Positions 9,895 through 18,977 of a DNA stretch of 64,000 nucleotides are shown here, in pieces; the stretch's first letter is position 1, and each line of letters opens with the position of its first letter. The notes below the pieces were generated by a model that worked only from the letters and a program-made list of their open reading frames with translations, was not told the origin of the DNA and made no database searches. Source of the DNA: Candidatus Aenigmatarchaeota archaeon. GTDB taxonomy: Archaea > Aenigmatarchaeota > Aenigmatarchaeia > CG10238-14 > SpSt-28. The stretch lies in the NCBI GenBank assembly GCA_038997355.1, contig JAWBAC010000001.1, positions 4,820 through 68,819 on the forward strand, in the 5' to 3' direction. The translations under genes and the position numbers were made by a program.

Positions 9895-10392
9895 TTATAA
9901 TTCTTTTAATTCTTCTTTTAACTTATTAACAGTTAACAAAAATTCGGAAACATTTCTAGAGTTTAGTTTTTCTATTGATAAAATTTTATTCATATTCTCT
10001 ACAAGGTTTTCGCTTATTTTAGAAATATATGGTTTATATGGAGCTAATCTTTTAAACTCCTTTACTAAATAATTATAAGCTGTTTTGGCGTTCTTTTTAT
10101 TTATTTTTCCTTTACTTTCCAAATACTCTTTGATTTTTGTTAATTCGTTCCTAATATAAGCAATGGTTGCTTCATCGCTTCTTTCAATAAATATTCTTTT
10201 TAAATTAAACAAATGCTCTTTTCTATAGATTAAATAAGCCGCTAAAACTAAAATCAACAAACTAATAACTATTAAACCAAAATTAGAAGATAAAGACTGT
10301 ACATCACCAAAATTTCCTGTTGTTATTAAGCCACCAACACCTATTATTGTTAATAAAGCAGCAGAAAGTATTAAAATTCTCACATCTTCCAT
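9895..10392 (-). CDS. Hypothetical membrane protein
   Basis: Two N-terminal TM segments and a helical tail. Confidence 0.65.
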   Translation of the reverse strand: MEDVRILILSAALLTIIGVGGLITTGNFGDVQSLSSNFGLIVISLLILVLAAYLIYRKEHLFNLKRIFIERSDEATIAYIRNELTKIKEYLESKGKINKKNAKTAYNYLVKEFKRLAPYKPYISKISENLVENMNKILSIEKLNSRNVSEFLLTVNKLKEELKEL

Positions 10393-10443
10393 AAAATATT
10401 TTATAGCAAAGTTAATATTTAAATTTATTTATATATATCTAAT

Positions 10444-11571
10444 TTACAAAAATTTTACTAAAGATTTTTGCTTAAGATAAATTTTAAATATTTCGCTTAA
10501 ACTTGTATCTATATTAAAACTTTTTAAATATTTTTCAACTTCCTCTAAACTTTCAAACTTCATATAATTTTTATTAAAAGCATCTCTTATGCACTCTCTA
10601 ACTTTCCATACTCCTAAAGGAATTGTATAAAATTTCTCAATTTTCCTAAAAATAACTATAGCAGCTTGTCTCCTAATTTTTTCTAAATATTCGCAGCTAG
10701 CTAATCTAGCTGCATAATATCCGCCAGCAACATTTTCTGCATATTCTTTTCTTTCAAAAAATATTTCATAATCTTTAAGTATTTTATTTCCAATGATTTC
10801 AATCATCTCAAACCCAAAAACATAAGGCAACAAAACTATCCAAAATTTATTACCTAGGTATTCATTATAAAAAACTCTTATTTCATCAATCATTTCATAA
10901 TCTTTAATTCTTTTAATAAGTTTATCAGAAATAATGCTATCAACAGCTGTTATGCTCCATCTAGTTGGAACAAACTTTTTTTCTATTCCTAATAATCCAG
11001 CAGAAAATATTTTCTGAATTTTAGAAACTTCTAAGCCTTTTTCATAAAGTAAAAAAGTTGCATCGTAAGCTTTTAATTCATCATTAATGATTTTTTCAAC
11101 AAAGTTTTCTACTTTAACATTGCTTTGAATTTTAAAATTTTCAATCTTTGCTGGATTTCCTATAGGAGAAAAGAATTTATCAAAAGCAAAAGCAAATTTT
11201 GGTTTGTTCTTTAACTTTACTTCTACATCAACAACATTCTTTGCAATAGCAATTTCTTGAAAGTTTTCTAAAAGTTTATAGTCTCTTTTAATATTAAATT
11301 TTTGAAATGAATAAATTAATCTGCTTCTCAAATCTATTATTTCTTCAAAACCTAATTTATCTTTATACCATTGCTCTGGATAGTCTAAGTAAAAACTTCT
11401 TTCATCGATTATTGGCTCAGAAAGAATTCCAACATTAACCCTTGGATAATTAACAGAAGAAATGAATATACTTGGCGGAGAACTTCCAAAAAATTCTTTT
11501 TTGCTTTCAATTAGAAGTTTCCATCTATAAACTTTTCTTAGCAAATCCTTAGGAATTTCTCTGAATTTCAT
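10444..11571 (-). CDS. nreA: DNA repair protein NreA (DUF650/651)
   Basis: GSSPPSIF..YPRV, VPTRWSITAVD, GGYYAARL, PLGVWKVRE and C-terminal PIP-box-like QKSLVKF. Confidence 0.9.
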   Translation of the reverse strand: MKFREIPKDLLRKVYRWKLLIESKKEFFGSSPPSIFISSVNYPRVNVGILSEPIIDERSFYLDYPEQWYKDKLGFEEIIDLRSRLIYSFQKFNIKRDYKLLENFQEIAIAKNVVDVEVKLKNKPKFAFAFDKFFSPIGNPAKIENFKIQSNVKVENFVEKIINDELKAYDATFLLYEKGLEVSKIQKIFSAGLLGIEKKFVPTRWSITAVDSIISDKLIKRIKDYEMIDEIRVFYNEYLGNKFWIVLLPYVFGFEMIEIIGNKILKDYEIFFERKEYAENVAGGYYAARLASCEYLEKIRRQAAIVIFRKIEKFYTIPLGVWKVRECIRDAFNKNYMKFESLEEVEKYLKSFNIDTSLSEIFKIYLKQKSLVKFL

Positions 11572-11960
11572 AATCTAATTATTTCTAAAAAATCTACTTT
11601 TTCAAAGTCTCTATCAAAAGTAATAATTTTTCTTATCTTATAATATTTACAAACTGCAGCAACTAAAGCATCGTTAGGATTTAAATCATATTTTAAATAT
11701 ATTTTCAAAAACATTCTAAAAGGAAGCTTTTTTATAATTTTAATATCTAATCCTTCAGTTAGCTCTTTAATTCTTTTAATGCATAGTTCTTTTGATTTTT
11801 TGAATATTTTACTTAATACATAAAGTGTTTCTTCTATTACATTTATAGAAGTGTAAAATTCTTCATTTATATATTTTTCAAGAATTTTTCTCATTTCTTC
11901 AGTAAATTCTGTCTCCACTATTAAACTTATTAAAGCATTCGTATCAAGGAAAATCTTCAT
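11568..11960 (-). CDS. vapC: VapC/PIN toxin
   Basis: IFLDTNAL...IEET...PNDALVAA...ITFDRDF; start moved to MKIFLD. Confidence 0.9.
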   Translation of the reverse strand: MKIFLDTNALISLIVETEFTEEMRKILEKYINEEFYTSINVIEETLYVLSKIFKKSKELCIKRIKELTEGLDIKIIKKLPFRMFLKIYLKYDLNPNDALVAAVCKYYKIRKIITFDRDFEKVDFLEIIRL

Positions 11961-12162
11961 ACTTTTCTTCAATAATTCTTTTTATATCAGATAAAGAAAG
12001 AATTTTACCAACATTTATTGGTTTAAGATTTTTTAACAGCTTTTTTCTCTTTTCTGCTTTATCATAATAAATTTTTATTCTAACTCTTTCCCCTTCTTTT
12101 AATTTTAATTTTTTTAGCGGCTTTAAAACCCCTTTTTCATATATTGCTTCGATTTCTCTCAT
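11944..12162 (-). CDS. AF2212/DUF104-like antitoxin
   Basis: IEAIYEKGVLKPLKKLKLKEGERVRI; overlaps the start of the PIN gene. Confidence 0.9.
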   Translation of the reverse strand: MREIEAIYEKGVLKPLKKLKLKEGERVRIKIYYDKAEKRKKLLKNLKPINVGKILSLSDIKRIIEEKYEDFP

Positions 12163-12171
12163 AATAATATT

Positions 12172-13278
12172 ATGGATATTCTTTTCTATAAAAGCATTGA
12201 AATTTGGAAAAATGAAGAAGTTAAGAAAAGATTAAGTTGGTATTATAATGTTTTAAAGAAAAAATATCCAGCAAAATATTTAATAGCTAAAAGCATAAAA
12301 TTAGAAGAAAAAATAAATTTGAAAGAACTAGAAGAAAAAGAGTTGTGGAAAATTCATTCAGAATTAAGAAATATCTTTATCGAAAAACTTGAAAAAATAA
12401 AAAATGGAAAAGAAACCGAAATAAAAGAAGAAAGCCCTAATTTTTTAGATGTTAAAATAGAATTGGCATATAGATTGTTATCTCCATGCAGATTTTGCGA
12501 AAATTTATGTTTAGCAAAAAGATTAGAAGGCGAAAAAGGTAAATGTGGATTAGATTATAAAGTTAGAGTTGCTTCAGCATTTTTGCATTATGGAGAAGAA
12601 GTTCCATTAATACCTTCTGGTACAATATTTTTTACTGGTTGTAGCTTTAAATGTGTATTTTGTCAAAATTGGGATATTAGTCAAATTCCGAAAAATGGTT
12701 TTGAAGTTGATGCAAAAACCTTAGCAGAAATAGAAAAAGAGTTAGCAGATAAAGGTGCTATAAATATTAATTTTGTTGGTGGAAATCCAGATCAAAACTT
12801 ACATATAATACTCGAATCTCTAAAATATTTTAATGAAAACGTTCCATTACTTTGGAATTCTAATTTTTACATGACAGAAGAGAGTTTAAACTTACTTTTA
12901 GATGTAATTGATATTTGGTTACCAGATTTTAAATATGGAAATGATGAATGTGCATTCAAATATAGTAAAATAAAAAATTATGTAAAAGTTGTTTTAAGAA
13001 ATCACAAAATTGTTCATGATAATAACGAAAACATAATTATTAGACATTTAGTTTTGCCAAATCATTTAGAATGTTGTACATTTAAGGTTTTAGATATGAT
13101 TTCAGAAAATTTACCAAATGCATTAGTTAACATAATGTCACAATATAGGCCAGAATATTTAGTTGAAAAGTTTCCAGAAAAATTTAAAGAAATCGCAAGA
13201 AGAGTTAATTTTGAAGAAATGAAAAAAGCATATGATTATGCAAAATCTAAGAAAATTTGCTTTGAACCAATAAGTTAA
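12172..13278 (+). CDS. Radical SAM protein, PflX-like
   Basis: SGTIFFTGCSFKCVFCQNWDISQ, DIWLPDFKYG and IIRHLVLP motifs. Confidence 0.9.
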   Translation: MDILFYKSIEIWKNEEVKKRLSWYYNVLKKKYPAKYLIAKSIKLEEKINLKELEEKELWKIHSELRNIFIEKLEKIKNGKETEIKEESPNFLDVKIELAYRLLSPCRFCENLCLAKRLEGEKGKCGLDYKVRVASAFLHYGEEVPLIPSGTIFFTGCSFKCVFCQNWDISQIPKNGFEVDAKTLAEIEKELADKGAININFVGGNPDQNLHIILESLKYFNENVPLLWNSNFYMTEESLNLLLDVIDIWLPDFKYGNDECAFKYSKIKNYVKVVLRNHKIVHDNNENIIIRHLVLPNHLECCTFKVLDMISENLPNALVNIMSQYRPEYLVEKFPEKFKEIARRVNFEEMKKAYDYAKSKKICFEPIS

Positions 13279-13562
13279 TAAATTTCAACATCTTTATATC
13301 CTAAGGAATTTAGTAATTCTCTTATTCTCCTTCTATGATCTCCTTGCAATTCAATAATCCCATTTTTTATTGTTCCTCCGCAACCTAATTTGCTCTTAAG
13401 AAAGCTTGCAATTTTTTTCAAATCACCATCTATTCCACTAATTAAAGTAACAATTTTTCCAAAACTTCTCCTTTCAACTGTAACAACTACTTTCTGCTCT
13501 ACTTTCTTTTCGCAAATGCATAAATCTTTCGGTAAACCACAAATTTGACAAACTTCGCTCAT
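13275..13562 (-). CDS. Translation initiation factor aIF1 (SUI1)
   Basis: CQICGLPKDLCIC...LKSKLGCGGT...IELQGDHR. Confidence 0.95.
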   Translation of the reverse strand: MSEVCQICGLPKDLCICEKKVEQKVVVTVERRSFGKIVTLISGIDGDLKKIASFLKSKLGCGGTIKNGIIELQGDHRRRIRELLNSLGYKDVEIY

Positions 13563-13769
13563 TTATAATTTTATACCTCTTTCTCTTAGAACTGTAAGAA
13601 TTCTTGCTATTGTTCTTCTTAGCTCTCTTATTCTTCCAACGTTTTTTATTGGTCTTTTCATTTCTGTTTGCATTTTAAACTTAATCAATTCCTCTCTAAA
13701 AGCCTTTAATTTTTCTATTAATTCTTCGTTCTTCATATTTCTTATGTCTTTAATTCTTAAGATGGCCAT
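13563..13769 (-). CDS. rpl29: 50S ribosomal protein uL29
   Basis: GRIRELRRTIARILT; operon context. Confidence 0.95.
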   Translation of the reverse strand: MAILRIKDIRNMKNEELIEKLKAFREELIKFKMQTEMKRPIKNVGRIRELRRTIARILTVLRERGIKL

Positions 13770-14359
13770 TATTGCGTTTTAGCAGAAATTAGTTGAGGCA
13801 ATTCTTTAAGAATTCTAACTTTTATTCCAACTATTCCCACAGGAATTATTGCTTGAGCTTGCGCTTCATCGACATAAACTTCTTTTAGAAATCCAGTATG
13901 CAAAATATATCCTTTAGAAAACTTGTATGCTGCACTTCTTTCTTTACCTAATAATTTTCCTGCAACTCTAACTTCAATACCAATCGCTCCGTTTTCCATG
14001 CAACGCTCTATATAAAATAATGACGCTTTTTTAAAATTTATACCTTTCTCTATTGCTCTTTTAATTCTGTATGCAACTATTCTCGCATCCAAATAAGGAT
14101 TTTTAACTTCTTCAATAACGATTTGAGGATTTAATATGTTATATTTCTTTATTAACGTTTCTTTTATTTCGTCTTCTCTCTTTCTTAATTTTGCGATGGC
14201 AATTGCAGGTCTTCCAACATAAACGATAATTCTAGTTAATATAGGTGTTTTTTCTATTTTTAAGCTACTATATTCGGCTTTCTCGAAAATACTCTTTAAA
14301 TAATCTTCTAATTCAACTTCAATTATTTTTTGTGCAATAATCTTTTTTTCTATTCCCAT
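13769..14359 (-). CDS. rps3: 30S ribosomal protein uS3
   Basis: KH-like N-terminus, NPYLDARIVA, GAIGIEVRVAGKL and GIVGIKVRI. Confidence 0.95.
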   Translation of the reverse strand: MGIEKKIIAQKIIEVELEDYLKSIFEKAEYSSLKIEKTPILTRIIVYVGRPAIAIAKLRKREDEIKETLIKKYNILNPQIVIEEVKNPYLDARIVAYRIKRAIEKGINFKKASLFYIERCMENGAIGIEVRVAGKLLGKERSAAYKFSKGYILHTGFLKEVYVDEAQAQAIIPVGIVGIKVRILKELPQLISAKTQ

Positions 14360-14360
14360 A

Positions 14361-14714
14361 TTAATAAGATAAAATAATTTTTATATGAGTATTCTTTTTT
14401 TCTCTTCCTCTAAACTTCCATCTTTTCGGTGTTCTTATTCTAGAACCTTTATGAGCTTCTATTATTTTTATTCTTAGCTTACTTTCATCTAAACCTTTTT
14501 GTCTAGCATTTGCTAATGCACTTTCTAAAGCTTTTAGAATTGCTTTAGTAGCTTTAGTATAATATTTTTTACCATCTAAAGTTAATTTACCCTGAGCAAC
14601 AAGCTCTAAAAATCTTTTCGCTTTTAAAGCATTTTTACCTCTAATAATTTTTGCAATGTATGTTGCATGCTTAGTAGAAATTCTAAGATTTTTAATGTAA
14701 GCTGAAGCCATCAT
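14361..14714 (-). CDS. rpl22: 50S ribosomal protein uL22 (short form)
   Basis: [12 protein letters not shown]...[14 protein letters not shown]...THIKIIL. Confidence 0.92.
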   Translation of the reverse strand: MMASAYIKNLRISTKHATYIAKIIRGKNALKAKRFLELVAQGKLTLDGKKYYTKATKAILKALESALANARQKGLDESKLRIKIIEAHKGSRIRTPKRWKFRGREKKNTHIKIILSY

Positions 14715-15109
14715 TTAACAGCTAAGAATTTTGTACCTCTCGTTGCTCCTATTCCAGGACCGCCATGCTTTACTTCTTTAATAGGTATTGAAAACTCTCC
14801 CAACCTTCTTCCTATCATTTCTGGCTTTATTTTAACTGGAACGTATTCTTTTCCATTATGCACACCAATAGTTAAACCAACCATTATTGGTAATATTACC
14901 ATTTGTCTTAAATGAGTTTTAATGAATTTGTTTGGATTTTTCTCCTTTATTTCTTTGATTTTTTCTAAAAACTTTTTTTCTTGCTCTGTCAATCCTCTTT
15001 TTAATATTTTTCTTCTTATTCTTGCATCAAAAACTTTTTTTGCTAATTCCTCTAAACTCATCTTTTGCAATTCTTCTAATGTATATCCTCTTAATCTAAA
15101 TTCTGCCAT
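14711..15109 (-). CDS. rps19: 30S ribosomal protein uS19
   Basis: [22 protein letters not shown]...MIGRRLGEF...[10 protein letters not shown]. Confidence 0.96.
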   Translation of the reverse strand: MAEFRLRGYTLEELQKMSLEELAKKVFDARIRRKILKRGLTEQEKKFLEKIKEIKEKNPNKFIKTHLRQMVILPIMVGLTIGVHNGKEYVPVKIKPEMIGRRLGEFSIPIKEVKHGGPGIGATRGTKFLAVK

Positions 15110-15150
15110 ATTAATTAATTATGAAAACATTTAAATTTTTAAAGATTTAT

Positions 15151-15248
15151 GGGGCCGTAGTCTAGCCAGGCAGGACGACGGGCTCCAGAAATGGAGCTCT
15201 GATAAATGAGGAAACCCGTTAACCCGGGTTCAAATCCCGGCGGCCCCA
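15151..15248 (+). tRNA. tRNA-Trp(CCA), 25-nt intron at 37/38 (15189-15213)
   Basis: GGGGCCG acceptor; ACGGG-CT-CCA-G[intron]A-CCCGT; GTTCAAATC T-loop. Confidence 0.94.
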
Positions 15249-15283
15249 ATAGAAAATTTAAAAATTTATCTGAAAATTTTTTA

Positions 15284-15799
15284 ATGATTAGTCGTATAAA
15301 ATTAAAAGACATTTTCAAGAAAATCCTCATGTTTGTTGAGGAAAATGAGTTAGAACTAGCACTATTATTTCTATCTTTTTTACTAGCTTATGGGGTTGGT
15401 CTCATATTTTCATTTAGTGCTTTGCTCGAAATTGCAAAAGGTAATAGTAACACCCTTGTCGCTTTAATAATATCTTCCTTTACATTTCCTACACTATTAC
15501 ATTCATTATCTCGTGATGAAATTTTTAACGAAAAAATTAGAAAAAAATTCTTTTCTCTTATTTCTTTTTCAATCTATTCTGGAATTTTTATGGGATTTGG
15601 TTTAATTTTAATACCTCTCTCCTCTCTTACGACGATTTCTATAACTCTTGGTAGTATAATAAATCTTTCAGTTTTTCTGACTTTTTTTGGAGTAACTATT
15701 TTTTTATTTGTTGTTATTTTTACCGTTGGTCTAATAATACTTGCACCTTTTTTAAATAAAAATTTCTTTTCAAAAGATAAAAGATTAGAGCTATACTAA
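15284..15799 (+). CDS. Hypothetical membrane protein
   Basis: Several hydrophobic segments; the ORF-track start lies inside tRNA-Trp, so the start was moved to the next ATG. Confidence 0.6.
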   Translation: MISRIKLKDIFKKILMFVEENELELALLFLSFLLAYGVGLIFSFSALLEIAKGNSNTLVALIISSFTFPTLLHSLSRDEIFNEKIRKKFFSLISFSIYSGIFMGFGLILIPLSSLTTISITLGSIINLSVFLTFFGVTIFLFVVIFTVGLIILAPFLNKNFFSKDKRLELY

Positions 15800-16119
15800 A
15801 AATAAAAATAACAACTCTTAAAACTGCTTGTAAGAAAACGCTAAAAAGTTGTTTTTATTCAAAATTACAAAAGATGGTAATAACATTCTTATTTTACCTT
15901 ATTACATTTACATTCACTGCCTTAAGAAAAAGATTTGATAAAAAGCTGAAAAATTTCTATTGCTCAGAATTTTGTCCTTTTTCTTTGGACTATTTATAAG
16001 ATTTCGTTATTTTTAAAGAATCTCCACTTTCAGACTTTGTAATTAATCTAACTACAACAGATATAGGAATTTTTGTAAGTATTATTGCAAGTATTTTTTC
16101 AAATCAATATCTAAATTTT

Positions 16120-17100
16120 ATGATTGAAATAGATGGAAGTTATTTAGAAGGCGGCGGACAAATATTAAGAACTTCAATAGCTTTATCTTGCATCCTTAAA
16201 AAACCTTTCAGAATTTATAACATTAGAAAAAATAGACCTCAACCTGGATTAAAAGCTCAACACTTAGCAGGTGCAAAGTTTGCAGCTGAATTATTAAATG
16301 CAGAAGCTAGAGGCTTAGAAATTGGTTCTACAGAAGTTACTTTTATTCCAAAAGAAGAAAACATTCCAGATTTTAAAGAAATTAATATTGGAACTGCTGG
16401 AAGTATTTCTTTGTTTTTACAAACAGTTTATCCAATAATTGCATTCTTATCCAATAAAAAAGTTAAGCTAAGAATTATTGGAGGTACTAGCGTATTGCAT
16501 GCACCAACAATAGATTATTTAGATTTAGTTAAGTTCGAAATTTTAAAATTCTTAGGTATAGAAAGACCAAAAATTAATATTATAAGGCATGGATTTTATC
16601 CAAAAGGCAATGGAATAGTAGAAATAGAAATTTACCCGATAAAAAATGTTAAAGGTATCGAATTAATCGAAAGAGGAAAATTTATCAAAAGAATTGCAAG
16701 AATCTCTGCAAACGAAAAAGTTGAAAGAATAAATAGAGAAGTTGAAGTTTTAAAAAAATTAGAAAATACTGAAATTTTTGTTAGAAACGAAAAAACTTTA
16801 AGTCCTGGATTTTCAGTTACTATTGCATCCTACTTCGAAAATTGTGTTTTGGGTGCAGATAGTTTAAACTCTTCTCAAGAAGCAATAGAAAGTTTAAAAA
16901 AATCAGAAAATTCTAATGCATGCTTAGACAAATTTATGGCAGATCAAATTTTAATTTATTTGGCTTTATCTCAAGAGAAATCAATAATTAAAGTTGAAGA
17001 ATTAACCTCGCATACATTAACAAACATTTATACTATCGAAAAATTCTTAGGAAAAATTTTCGAAATTGATGAAAATCAAAAAATAATAAAGAGAATTTAA
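16120..17100 (+). CDS. rtcA: RNA 3'-terminal phosphate cyclase
   Basis: IDGSYLEGGGQILRTS, RPQPGLKAQH, GTAGSISL, ADQI and HTLTN motifs. Confidence 0.96.
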   Translation: MIEIDGSYLEGGGQILRTSIALSCILKKPFRIYNIRKNRPQPGLKAQHLAGAKFAAELLNAEARGLEIGSTEVTFIPKEENIPDFKEINIGTAGSISLFLQTVYPIIAFLSNKKVKLRIIGGTSVLHAPTIDYLDLVKFEILKFLGIERPKINIIRHGFYPKGNGIVEIEIYPIKNVKGIELIERGKFIKRIARISANEKVERINREVEVLKKLENTEIFVRNEKTLSPGFSVTIASYFENCVLGADSLNSSQEAIESLKKSENSNACLDKFMADQILIYLALSQEKSIIKVEELTSHTLTNIYTIEKFLGKIFEIDENQKIIKRI

Positions 17101-17102
17101 CT

Positions 17103-17241
17103 CGCCGGGGGTGGGATTTGAACCCACGCGGGCTTATCGCCCACCGGCTTTCTCTTTGATATTTTACTCATCATTACTCAGCTACCCCAGAGCTTATCAT
17201 AACTCGAGGCCGGCGCCCTGGTCCAGCTAGGCGACCCCGGC
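17103..17241 (-). tRNA. tRNA-Ser(CGA), 53-nt intron at 37/38 (17150-17202)
   Basis: CCGGC-CT-CGA-G[intron]A-GCCGG; long variable arm; G73 discriminator. Confidence 0.93.
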
Positions 17242-17278
17242 ATAATTAATTTATTTTTAACAAAAATCTAACATTTTT

Positions 17279-17327
17279 ATGAAGAATGCCGCCGCATCTG
17301 ATAAATGATGAAATGGAGTACCTCTGA
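17279..17327 (+). ncRNA. Box C/D guide sRNA
   Basis: C ATGAAGA, 12-nt guide ATGCCGCCGCAT, D' CTGA, TAA, C' ATGATGA, 12-nt guide AATGGAGTACCT, D CTGA; intergenic. Confidence 0.88.
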
Positions 17328-18479
17328 TTAAGAATGATAAATTTTTATAACATCTCTATGATTCAATACATAATCTTTTCCAATTTTTCTTTTATTTTTT
17401 ACATCTATAGCATACAAAAAGTTTTTAGCTATTTCAGAATGAATTTTTTCAGCTAAATCTATAACTTTTGCATCTTTTTCTAATAAAAATGCGTTAGGCA
17501 AAACATTTCCTTTTTTATCGCTAAGTTTATTTTCATTTTCAACAGGAAAAACAACTTTATACTTCATAACATTAAAAACTAATCTATTTAATGCATTAAC
17601 AACAAAACTTCCATTATTTTTTTCTAACATTTTTCTAATCTTCTCTAATGCATCTAATTGATTTTTATTCAATTCACTTTCTTTCAAAATTTTGAATGAT
17701 TTAAAATCGTAACTAATTATTCCTTTCTTATCTAACTCTCTAAGTATTAATTCTGATAAAGCGCTGCATTCTACAACTTCTAAATCTAAATTTTCTTTTT
17801 TGATAAATTTTCTTAATTCTTCAATATTTTTGTAAGAATTTTCATCATCTATTTTATTTGCTATTATTATCATCTTTTTACTTTCGAAAAGCAAATTTTT
17901 TGCAAAAGTATCTAAATCTTTTATTTCATTTATGTGTTTTTCTATGTATTCTCTTTTTATTTTTAAACCGCTAAGCTTTTGAGTTAAAACATCTATTAAC
18001 TCTTTTTCGTTAGAATAAAATTTTGGAATGTGTTTTTGAATTATTTGCTTGTACCACTGAATTAATTCATTAATCAAAAAATTTACTTCTTCAACTACAT
18101 TCGAGCTTTCGCTTTCTATTCCTTCTAAGTTTGTTTTTCCACTTGCATCAATTATGTATGCGATTCCATCGACATGATTTATAGAAGATAAGAATTCGTT
18201 ACCCAAACCTTTACCCTTATGAGCTTCTGGAATTAATCCTGGAACATCCCAAAGAATTATTGGAACGTATCTTATTGAATTTATACAAAAACCGTCTTGA
18301 GGATTGCACTTAACATTAAAATCTTTGCATGCACATTCTGTAGATACATATGCAATCCCTTTATTTGGTTTTAGAGTAGTAAATGGAACGTTCGAAATCT
18401 TTACATCGATCATTGTAACGGCTTTAAAAAATGTTGATTTTCCTGCGTTAGGTTTTCCCACTAAAGCGATTTCAATCAT
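17328..18479 (-). CDS. ychF: YchF/Obg-family translation-associated NTPase with TGS domain
   Basis: GKPNAGKST, PFTT, DVPGL..GKGLGNEFL, ANKID and LAEKIHSEI motifs; start moved to MIEIAL. Confidence 0.9.
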   Translation of the reverse strand: MIEIALVGKPNAGKSTFFKAVTMIDVKISNVPFTTLKPNKGIAYVSTECACKDFNVKCNPQDGFCINSIRYVPIILWDVPGLIPEAHKGKGLGNEFLSSINHVDGIAYIIDASGKTNLEGIESESSNVVEEVNFLINELIQWYKQIIQKHIPKFYSNEKELIDVLTQKLSGLKIKREYIEKHINEIKDLDTFAKNLLFESKKMIIIANKIDDENSYKNIEELRKFIKKENLDLEVVECSALSELILRELDKKGIISYDFKSFKILKESELNKNQLDALEKIRKMLEKNNGSFVVNALNRLVFNVMKYKVVFPVENENKLSDKKGNVLPNAFLLEKDAKVIDLAEKIHSEIAKNFLYAIDVKNKRKIGKDYVLNHRDVIKIYHS

Positions 18480-18533
18480 ATTAAGCAACAATAAATAAAA
18501 AATTTTTTAATTTTTATTTATAGTGCTTAATAT

Positions 18534-18652
18534 GCGGGGGTCGCCTAGCCTGGTCAAGGGCGGCGGGCTTAAGGTAAAACTTAAGCTTTGATATCGATGA
18601 TAAGATACCCGCTGGCTTAGTGCCGTCGTGGGTTCAAATCCCACCCCCCGCA
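18534..18652 (+). tRNA. tRNA-Leu(TAA), 33-nt intron at 37/38 (18574-18606)
   Basis: GCGGG-CT-TAA-G[intron]A-CCCGC; long variable arm; CUUA/UAAG central helix of a BHB-type motif. Confidence 0.94.
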
Positions 18653-18748
18653 AGATTCTTATGAACTTTAAGTTTTGTTTTATTGTGTTTAATATGTTTA
18701 ACTTTTAAGAAAATATAAATATATTTTCTTTCATCTATAATATTCTCT

Positions 18749-18976
18749 ATGGTAAGGAAAGTTGGTCCTAGTGGAAGATTTGGAGCAAGATATGGAATGA
18801 AATTAAGAGAAAAGGTAGATGAAATTGAAAAAATCCAAAGAGCTACTCACATTTGTCCTAAATGCGGATTCAAAAAGTTAAAAAGGATTTCAACTGGCAT
18901 ATGGTATTGCAAAAAATGTAATACAAAAGTTGCATCTTCAGCATATTTTCCACCTGGAATGGAAATAAAAGTGTAA
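18749..18976 (+). CDS. rpl37ae: 50S ribosomal protein L37Ae (eL43)
   Basis: GRFGARYG..LR, CPKC...KRISTGIWYCKKC. Confidence 0.96.
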   Translation: MVRKVGPSGRFGARYGMKLREKVDEIEKIQRATHICPKCGFKKLKRISTGIWYCKKCNTKVASSAYFPPGMEIKV

Positions 18977-18977
18977 T

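Noticed and set aside
15199..15215. CUGA...GA...GAAAC in the tRNA introns read as a hammerhead ribozyme core
   Set aside because: There is no stem II or properly placed NUH site; the same bases fit D'/C' boxes and the splice junction better.
15139..15330. ORF-track ORFs overlapping tRNA genes (15139-15330, 35838-36062, and the 5' part of 15206-15799)
   Set aside because: Shadow frames across GC-rich tRNA genes.
15800..16119. Possible frameshifted membrane-protein remnant upstream of rtcA
   Set aside because: Only short hydrophobic frames with no recognisable homology.
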